Part shown: one piece after another, positions 11,414 through 20,767 of the stretch | Layout of the letters: every line of letters begins with the position of its first letter | Position numbering within the stretch: position 1 is the stretch's first letter | Assembly (NCBI GenBank): GCA_017499595.2 | Contig: CM038998.1 | Coordinates: 3,162,001-3,226,000 of the forward strand | Direction of reading: 5' to 3' | DNA length: 64,000 nt | Source: Psilocybe cubensis | Lineage: Eukaryota | Notes under the pieces: model-generated | The model's database searches: none | What the model was told of the DNA's origin: nothing | The model's input: only the letters and a program-made list of their open reading frames with translations | Program-made: the position numbers and the translations under genes

Positions 11414-11883
11414 GTTACGGGGTGCGCGATATAATCTCTGCAAAAAAAAGTAGTATCGCGCAAAAGCTTGTAGTATTAATGAAATGGAGAATAGTAGTGG
11501 GAAGTAGGAAAGGAAGGAAGTTTGAAGGATGTCCTGAACTTGATGGTAGTGGCCAAGCACTGGCAGGCTGTACAGCCATACTTGGGCGTTCTGGCTTACC
11601 AGATTGGGCTAACGCTGCAACGCGCAGTTTATTATGACGACAACGCGGTAATTTTAACCCGCCATGGCATAACTGGGCCCTGTCTGGCCCTGTTCATGCC
11701 TGTTTCCCCTCAAGAACTTGGTGGCTCAAAGTTATGTGTATATTCCCAATGTGTTCCCCTGTATATAGAAAGCATATGCAACAGACACCTACTACTGAGT
11801 GCTAGGTATGGTCTAAATAGATATCATAACAGTCCATGATGTAAAGTTACAGATGTGCAGTTAATATCAGCATAGAAATATGG

Positions 11884-14800
11884 TTACTGACGAAATACGT
11901 GCGAGTCAAATGAAGTTTCTATAGGTGTCGTCTCACCCATACTTTGCCTTCCCTTTGTTCTACCTGATGGTTTGCGCGTGAGTGGAGTGGCATGGCTGTT
12001 GCCACTCTCAAGTGCTTCATCGCCTTCAGGTTCTTCGGATTCTTCAGGTGGAAATGATCGAGGCGCGTGTTCCTGCTCTTCCGGTTCATAATCGTGATCA
12101 ACGGGTCGTCCCCAGCGCGAGGCAGATCCAACCCCATCTACCCACTTGAGTGTTCCGATGCTCACTTCCCGAACTTTGCGGTTTCGTGATATCCAATGTA
12201 AAGGTGTCGCTCCAGTGCGACCTTCCTCAGACGAAGAAAAGCTTTGGACTGATTCTCTTTTGGTATCTTCTAAGACAACTTTTTTTGCAGGAAGCGCTGC
12301 CAACAAGCGAGGATCGGAAGGGAAGAGCAATGGTAACATGTGTCTTGAATCTAATAGTTCACCTAGTGCTTGTGGGGGGTGGACGGGCTCCCACAAAGAT
12401 ATGTCAGCCCGCTTGTCGAATAGAATGTCGATGTTTTGTTGTGGTGAAAGAGCCTCGACTGAAGGGGCTATCGAAGGTGTTGTCGACGAGCTTTCCGCTT
12501 CATTGACAAGAGAAGAAATACTGCCTTCTTGATCTCGATCTCTATCGCGCTCAGTAATCTTGCGATGAACATCAAAACATGTTCAGACTAGATTATTAAT
12601 TTGGCGTACCTCTTTCCTGATGGCCTCAACTCCTAATTTTACTCGATGTCTTTCCCAGTCTTTTTGAAGTTGAGTGAGATACTGTATGCATTCTTCAGTC
12701 ATGCGCCCCTCATTAACCTCGTATTTATAGTCACGAACTGCCCGCCGCATCTGTGAAACGCAGTCTAGTATAAACATAACGAAAGTACGATGGTACATTA
12801 CCTGCAACGGATTGATGCTTTTCATTGTTTGTATAGTTGCCACCAAGTCAGGGAATTCAGCAATGGAAGAAAGTCGCTGAGAATTCTTGGTCAGACAAAA
12901 CTAAGAACTTGGCTCCCAATAGTTTCTTTGGCTTACTTGAAGCCAATTTAGTAAGTCTCTGACAGGAGCGAAGTGGGATTGTATTCCTGGAGGAATACCC
13001 ATTTCCTCGATCCATTCTTCTATAACAGTCAAGTTCATACTAATTTGGACTGCCCTGGATCTTTGGTAGCTAGTAGTTAGTCATCCTGATGGTTACAGGC
13101 GGATGCGCACGCACCTGCATATGTATTTCTTGCGGGTGATAACACGATTGAATATTTCACCTGTAAGATTATCAACAACCCTGTTTCTACCTGTTTATGG
13201 TGACCTTACAAGCAGTCCAGTACATAACCTGGGACCATAATTGTGTTATGATTGCTGGATTGATGTCGGACAGTATCAAGAGCATATGAAGAGAGGTGAG
13301 AAATGATGTTAACTCGAAAGGTGATGGTGGGTGTGACTCTAGGAAGACGGATGAAAGAGGAGGTGCAGCGGATGAAAGACCTCGGGCTCGGGTAATAGTT
13401 TGCCTGAGTGAGGAATACCCTCGAGACCCAGATGAAGATACTGTCGACTGACTCTGAGACGGAGAGAGTGGTCGATGGTGGGGACTGGCTGGCGTAGGTG
13501 AAGGTGGAATTGGATTTCTCCCAATGGGAGAGGAAGGTGTCTTGCGTTTGCCTGCAAATGGTCGAAGGAAGGACCATTCGGATTCGAATTGAACAGCCTC
13601 AAGCTCCGAAGGTACTGGTGTATAAGACAGAATGGCGCTGTCAAGTAATTGGTCTATACGCCGTTCTGCGAATCTTATGATAAAAACTACGAAGGTAATG
13701 GTAAACGAATATGTGAAAATGTATCAATCAGTAACTCACCGAAAACGGAATTGATGACTTCTTCAATCAATTCGAATGAGCCTAGCATTTCGCATGCTTC
13801 ATTTATTGACGTATCACACTCCAGAAGGTGTAACCAGACAGTAGTGTTGTATAGCCAAAACACTAAACACGATAAATCTTCAGCCCGATTCTGTATATGT
13901 GAGAGATGAGAAAAAGTTGGGAGAGTCAAACAAGCACGCACAAAAAATGTCTCCTCAATCGCATCGGTGGCGCCAATAATAAGATCTTCTAGCCAAGTAT
14001 GATCACATGTTAATGCCGCAAACCTTGCAAGTAAATATAGTGTATTGGCTGGTGTCGAATCCTTGAATGTAGGTTGATAATTAGTGATGAGTGATTCGAA
14101 TATCTGTGCCAAAAGAGGCGGTGAAAATACGAGCATCGACGAGTAATCTGGACGGGGTGTCTGAATTCATTTGAGCTTGAAGAAAGGCAGACATGAATAA
14201 TTGTACTGACATATATACCATCGTCCTCCTCCTCCTCTTCATCGGAATCAGACTCTTCGTCAGAGATATCCGAATCTTTGCCCCACCAATCCGGATTCAC
14301 GCCCAGTATTTTGCCTACACCTTCACGTATTTCTTTCTTGTGGCTTTTCTTTCGCGACCGTTGCTCGAGTACTCTGCGCCTTTCCTCCATACGACCGCCT
14401 GTCCACCCCTCTCCTCGCATAGCTTCTTCCAGTAATAGAGCAACGTCTTCCTTCCCAGGTAATGTTGAATGAGCAGTAACAATATCCAGAGGGGTTAGCT
14501 TCCTTTCCGTCACGGCGAAAGGAGAGCACCCGTGGGTCATTAAATATGACACAAGCGTAGGGGGCGATAAAATTGCAGCATAATGTAAAGGTGTCCACCC
14601 GGCTAGCAGACGTATATGTATTAAGATCGACTATATGTCTGTGAATCAAATGTGCGCACCTTTATCTGCAGTCATATCAGCGCCCTGTGAAACTAGCAGA
14701 CGAACACACTCCTCTCGTTCAATGTCACGATCAGAATCCCCACCAAATCCACAGATAGTAAGACTGATGAGATTAACACCATCTTCATCCCTCAATCCTA

Positions 14801-15041
14801 AATTGACGTGGGCTTGTGCTTGAGGATCAGTTAGTAGATGTTGGACAACCGTGATGTCACCAAAGGCACAAGCACGAGTCAAGCAATGGGCAACAAGCTC
14901 TGCCTTCTGCGATGGATCGAGTCCAGAGTTGGGTCCAAGCTGCTCCGATATCTGGCTGACGGTAGGGTATAAGGGGTGGAGGTCTGGTTCTGGAGTCAAA
15001 TCGATTGGTTGCGCCGATACAGCTGGCATTCCCGAGCCCAT
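11884..15041 (-). CDS. Ankyrin-repeat and DIL (dilute) domain protein
   Basis: Multi-exon; ankyrin-like ACAFGD.., GADMTADK, LTPLDIV; DIL-like QLWSQVMYWTA/CEIFNRVITRKKYIC/RSRAVQISMNLTVIEEWIEE; start could be 15029. Confidence 0.8.
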
Positions 15042-15481
15042 GCAACCCAATAATCGATTGCTCGTGGATGCGTGAAGGATAGATGACCCCTACTGGATGG
15101 TTTAACAATGTATGACTATAAGCCAATTATTCTGATGAGTCTGGGGTTGCTGTACCGCGCAGAAACGCGTCGTCACGAAGTACGTTCGGACTGTTGGAAT
15201 ATTGGTGCCGCCTCGTTTGCCTTAGGAGAATAGATCGGTGGGACCTCAATTAAACTGACTTCAGTCCGGAAAGTGACAAAGGTGGCTGACAGAATACAGT
15301 ATTATGGACCACTGCAGACTGATGAAGCTAGAGGTTAAAACGGTTGGGGAGGTATTTCAACTTGCAATTTATGACAACTAGTAATCCCGGTTGCCGAAAA
15401 CAGCCCTGATCGAGTGACTGTCAGATTTACAGCTCGACCAAAATAAAATTCTTCCGCATACCCCCACCAACTGTAACTCTC

Positions 15482-16298
15482 ATGCCCCCCAACAAACGTC
15501 AAAAGCTCTCAAAACCGGAAGAAAAAGTCTCCAACGATGAAGAGTCTCTATCTGGCAATGAATCAGAAGTTTCCTTCGGCGAAGATGAAGAAATGGACAG
15601 TATCTCTGGCTCAGAGAGCTCTCAACCTGATGAAGACGACGAGATTGAAGGAATGACCCGACAAAAATCGAAACAAACGTCGAAACGAAAAATCAGAGCG
15701 ACTGCTGGTACAAAATTCGGCGCTACACTACAATTCTTGCTGAACACCGAAACACCGTCTACCTTGCCATTGTCTCTCAAGCCATCAATAGCGCGTAAGC
15801 GCAATGATGAAAAACTGGAACAACGGGCGAAAAAGGTCCTGCAGGTGGAGAAGAAGGAAAAAGAGGACAAAGCGAGAATAAAGGATGTTATTGGCGGTTG
15901 GGGTGGCGAAAGTGAACGAGCTCTGCGCAAAGTTGCACAGAGAGGTGGTATGACGCCAAATTTTTTTAACACCTTGAGATCTTTGACGCGATATTCTTCT
16001 GCAGTCGTAAAATTGTTCAACGTAATTCAGCAATCCCAGGCTTCCATCACAGCTGCAACTGAAGACGCAAAAGCTAATCGCGGTAGTGGAAAACCAACAT
16101 TGCCTGCGCCCATGATAGAAACCAAAGGCAAAAGCAAAGGGAAGAATAAAGATAACATCATTGGAAGAGGAAAAGAAAGCAAGTGCCTTTCCAATTTGAC
16201 CCTCTTAAACATATTCTTAACGCTTAAAATCAGGTACGGTTGACAAGGACGATTTCTTCAATATGATTAGATCTGGCGGAGTTGTCTCGAAGGCGTAA
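15482..16298 (+). CDS. RRP15: 60S ribosome biogenesis protein Rrp15
   Basis: Acidic and Lys-rich N-terminus; ERALRKVAQRG/VVKLFNVIQQSQ signature; two introns, the second probably GC-AG (16179-16233). Confidence 0.88.
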
Positions 16299-16711
16299 TA
16301 GTGGCATAAGATATATTATGGGCCCGTTTGTTTGGTCAGCAGGACATACTATTGAATTTTGGTGCTATTCTTAGCCATCACCTATTCTCTTTCTCAGACC
16401 ACCTTGTTTCCATCTTCTCAGCTCGTACAAGATGTCTACTGTGACTTCGTTAGAAACACAGAAGAAAACAGAACGTCGCCGCCTTTGTTCATACAACTCA
16501 TACAAAAGCCTATACATTGATGTCATCCATCGCATCACACAACTGGGGATTTCTCCTTTGGAATGATGGCTCGTCACGCCATAGCAGCCTCCAATTGCTT
16601 CAACTGCAACCACGGTCTTTAATTATTTACCAATGTCTAAACACGAGTTTCAGACAGTCTTGACTAATACAGTGAAGCTTGCTTCTTGAAACCCCCACCT
16701 ACGCCGCTGCA

Positions 16712-18456
16712 ATGGTCAACATACAGCGCCTGCTGTTCTCTTTCCTATCCTCTACACTTCCTTCTCAGGTGCCATTGCATTATGAACAGGAGGCGGTCTC
16801 TCGCAAATCTGTGGCTATTGTAGGGGCAGGAAGTGCCGGTCTGGCCATGCTGAAAACATTCACGGAATTGGATACATTTGTCAATAACAGCTGGGAAGTA
16901 GTGTTGTTTGAGGAAAGAGAGCACGTCGGAGGCGTATGGTGAGTAAACAGGCATCTATATTTTCATCTTCACTTACATCGCGTCAGGCTTCCGGATTATA
17001 ATGATGTCCACCCGCCTGAAATTCCTGAGACGCCTTTGTATCCATTACTACATACGAACACACCCGTTCCTTCAATGGCATACCCTGGGTTTCCCTTCCC
17101 ACCTGGCACACCTCTTTATCCGAGTCATGAATATATAGAAGCCTACCATCGACGCTACGCACAGCACTATAAACTATTGGACTACATAAGCTTTAATCAT
17201 AAAATTCAGCAGGCAACCTGGAGTGGAAGTCCTGAGAATGGATATTGGAACTTGACTGTTACAAATGCAGCAGGCCATATTTTTCACAAGAAATTTGATC
17301 ATCTTGTTGTTGCTTCAGGCAATCACCACATACCGCGTATACCTGTTTGGAAAGGCCAGGATAAATGGCTATCAAATGCTCCGCAAAATCAAACGCGCAA
17401 GATCCTTCACTCGGTTTATTATCGGAAGCCAGAGGCTTTCACAGGCCTGAACGTGCTAATTGTCGGAAATGGAGCCAGTGGGCGAGATGCAGCGAGTCAG
17501 ATACTTGACTTTGCCACCACGGTGAGTTTGAATGTTATAACAGCTATATTTACGTTCAGCCATTAATGATGGAGGGTAGACTGTTGTGTCCGTTAGACAT
17601 GATGGCGATCCCTTGGAGGGTGTGATCATCAAACCAGAAATATCTCACTTCACCGCGGATGAGATAGTTTTTGTCGATGGAACAACTTATTCCCCTGATG
17701 TCGTGCTGCTCGGGACTGGATACGAACAAAGGAAGCCATTCCTGACGGCGGGCGGCGAGTTGGCCGTGGACCCAGCTGCGCGGAACAATTCTGATAAACT
17801 GGTCACAAACTTGAAATATATTTTCCCGCTGTATCGTCATATCCTTTCCTTAAGCCCCTCTTATCCAACAAATGCACTGGCTTTCATTGGACTGCCAACC
17901 TTTATTGCCAATTGCCCTTCGGATATTGCTCAAAGTCTGTTTGCTGCACATGCCATAATCAATCCGTCAATTTTGCCATCGCGACAAAAACTTCTGAAAG
18001 AGTTGGAAGCATATGAGGCCTATGTTCGGGCAAACGGACGCGACCCTTACATTAATGGACATCAGATGCTGACCAAAATTGAATCGAGTGATTACCAGGA
18101 TGAACTAGTTGAATTCTTGAAAGACATGGTTTGTACAACTTTCTCGAAAGAATCTTCGCTATCAGTCAACTAATTTCATTTTCTTATTCAGAACGCGATC
18201 CCTCGCGATGGAAAGAAATTTGTCGAAGAGTGGCGTCGGGATATCTTCGAATACCAGTATCTCAAACGTGGATGGAAGCGAATTGAAGAGTTGGGCACTG
18301 GCCAGGACTGGACCAAAGGTGTAAGAACAGAGTCACAATGGGCAGACTTGATGAAGCGCGTCAATGATTGGCAGAAACGTTGGGAAGATGCCAATGGAAT
18401 AGAGTTCCGCGCCGACATGGACTTGGTTGGTTATTTTGGCAACCAGTGGACATGAT
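16712..18456 (+). CDS. Flavin-containing monooxygenase (FMO-like)
   Basis: VAIVGAGSAG FAD motif, EEREHVGGVW, YPLLHTN, ILHSVYY, LIVGNGASG NADPH motif, LLGTGY; three introns. Confidence 0.9.
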
Positions 18457-19271
18457 GATTGTTTTTATACGTGATTATATATAACTAGGATATTCCGGAA
18501 CTTGAGCGCAGGTAAACTTGCCGACTTATTCACCCCCATTGCAACCATTTGCTGCTTTTGAGGGTCCAGGCGCAAATGGTAAACACCACAGATAGTCCTC
18601 GAGGCGAACTTCCCGTTGGGGATTTCGATGATACCTAAGTGGTCGTTTCCAAGTAATGCGCTTACATATGCGCCACTTTGTGAGATGGGACCTCAATAGT
18701 CCGCAGCGAACGAGACAGACCATTCTTGGAAGATTCCGAAAGAACAAACGACGCGTGGTTGGACGGCAGCTGCACTTAAGTTGCACTAGAACCGGAGATC
18801 CATGCCCACCGACCTAGACCTGCTGTGATATACTATAGCAAGTTACTGCAGCCAGTGCCCATCGAATTAGACCAGAACTTGATGGTGCGCGCACAAACCC
18901 CTCAAGGTCGATGATATTCAGACAACGGTTGGTGTTTGTCTCCTTTGCCAGGAGTTTTATCGTGTAAAGGGGGATGACATCGCGCTCCTTTATGAAATTT
19001 ACGTTGATTGAAGAAATCAGCTGAAAGGGAACAGATATCGATACCGACGGATCAAAACAGCAAAGTACATGGAAGGTGAGGATCCTTCGATTGTTGTGAA
19101 TGCCTACAAACAGGAAGATTGAGTTGTTTGCCATGCAAAAGAGGGGGGCCGGCGTATACCCAAGTGGATAGGTTACCGTCAGAAAGGCTTCAACAAGGAT
19201 TAATTTGGCCTCTTGTGGGTGGGATATTGTTCGGCATGTTAAGACCAAGTTAACTAGTTATGTCCCTCCGG

Positions 19272-19327
19272 CCACCGTGCTCGATACTCACGTGATTCCA
19301 ATCCGCCACAAAACGAAACCTGCCCTA
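19272..19327 (+). promoter_or_regulatory. Three-part promoter module CCACCGTG / TCACGTGA / AAACCTGCCCTA upstream of GID8
   Basis: CCACCGTG 19272-19279, TCACGTGA 19288-19295, AAACCTGCCCTA 19316-19327; matches 5252-5297. Confidence 0.6.
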
Positions 19328-19381
19328 AGGCAAAAAATAATGCACAATAAATTGGCGCAACCATCTCATTCAAGTTTTCCA

Positions 19382-20520
19382 ATGGTGAGTGTATCCCGAA
19401 ACTCTGCCCAAGCTTTGTCCTAATTTGCGTACCCTGCGGCCCCAGAAGGCATCCATTCGCAAGGAAGAGTGGGAAAGGCGCCTGCATGATGTGCAAGTTT
19501 CGAAAGCGTGAGTGCCAATCTGCTGGTCTTTGTTCTGCCTGCTATGCGATGATATTCAATTGGGAATCTCTCTGAATATTCTAAAATTCAATGTAGAGAC
19601 CAATCATTGTTGTTTACTGATTCATCTTCTGTTGTTCCTGTTATGGAGTTCTTTTGTACTGACGGGCACCTTTCGTATCAGTGATTTGAACCGTCTCATC
19701 ATGGACTACCTGGTCATTGAGGGGTACAAATCAGCGGCAGAGGAATTCAGCCAGGAAGCCAATCTCATCCCGCCGGTCGATCCCGAGAGCATCGAAAGCC
19801 GGATGGACATCAGAGAAGCGCTCCAACGAGGAGATGTCGAAGATGCCATCACGCGAGTCAACGACCTGAATCCTGAGGTGTGTGATATTTTCCCATGGTG
19901 TCGAGGCAGCCGCAAAGGATTAAACCGTTTCATGCACCACGCATAAGCCCCTCGGGGCTGCTGATGATACATGTAAACCAAAACTTCAGTCTTCAATATG
20001 ATTCTGCGCTGCCTCGGGAACAAGTCTGTATATATAGAAAGAGAAACTGACGGAGCTCATTGACAGATCCTGGACACGAACCCTGCGCTGTACTTCAAGC
20101 TGCAGCAACAGAAGCTGATTGAATTCATCCGGCAGGGACAGATTGCAGAGGCGCTGACGTTTGCACAGGAAGAGCTCGCACCGCGGGGGGAGGAATCGCC
20201 CGAGTTTTTGTCCGAGCTTGAGCGGACGATGGCGCTGCTGGCATTCGACTCTGCGCCAAACGCGCCGGCAGCGATTGCGGAGCTGCTGTCGCCTGCGCAG
20301 CGGATGAAGACGGCGGGAGAAGTGAATGCAGCGATCCTGGAGAGCCTGAGCCAGGGAAAGGAGGTGAAGCTGGTTGGACTGCTGAAGCTGCTCTGCTGGG
20401 GCGAGTCGCTGCTGGAGGAAAAGGCGGATTTCCCAAAGGTGCGTAGTAGAGGGCGATTCTGGAAAATGGCTAACGGGGTGCTCGGTGTAGCTGAATGTAC
20501 TGGAGGGAACGTTGGTGTAA
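19382..20520 (+). CDS. GID8: GID/CTLH complex subunit Gid8/TWA1 (LisH-CTLH-CRA)
   Basis: Exons 19382-19384, 19446-19507, 19682-19877, 20067-20438, 20491-20520; LisH DLNRLIMDYLVIEGYKSAAEEF; CTLH/CRA LQQQKLIEFIR, ELERTMALLAF. Confidence 0.9.
19541..19625 (+). ncRNA. Intronic box C/D snoRNA, SNORD79/U79-like (LSU A in GAGAUUCCCA)
   Basis: In GID8 intron 19508-19681; C box GCGATGA 19546-19552, guide TGGGAATCTC 19561-19570 + D' CTGA 19572-19575, C' ATGTAGA, D box CTGA 19617-19620. Confidence 0.85.
19902..20016 (+). ncRNA. Intronic box C/D snoRNA, U32/snR40-like (18S Gm1271 equivalent) with non-canonical boxes
   Basis: In GID8 intron 19878-20066; terminal stem CGAGGCAGC/GCTGCCTCG; C box AGGATTA; guide CATGCACCAC 19931-19940 complementary to 18S GUGGUGCAUG; D' CATA; GCCCC/GGGGC stem; C' CTGATGA; D box ATGA 19998-20001. 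Confidence 0.78.
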
Positions 20521-20767
20521 TATAGATAATAAATGTTGTAATATAATAAATAATGATATGTTTTTTGGGAGAACGTGTGTGCCTGAGCGGCATGTGTTCT
20601 TAGGTCAGCACGGACGCATTCTCTTTGGAGGCTGAACGACGACGCCGCTGTCCTCGCACACCGTGTCCCTCTCTTCTCTACTCCCACCAGTCTCCTCCTC
20701 CTGCCCCTCCCGCCCACCCCACTTCCTCCGTCCCTCCTGGCGGTTTCTCCGTCTCCTATCTTTCTAC

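Noticed and set aside
18526-19248. 144 aa and 86 aa minus-strand ORFs and a short plus-strand CxxC-containing frame between FMO and GID8
   Set aside because: No family similarity and no consistent splice model; left as unexplained intergenic DNA
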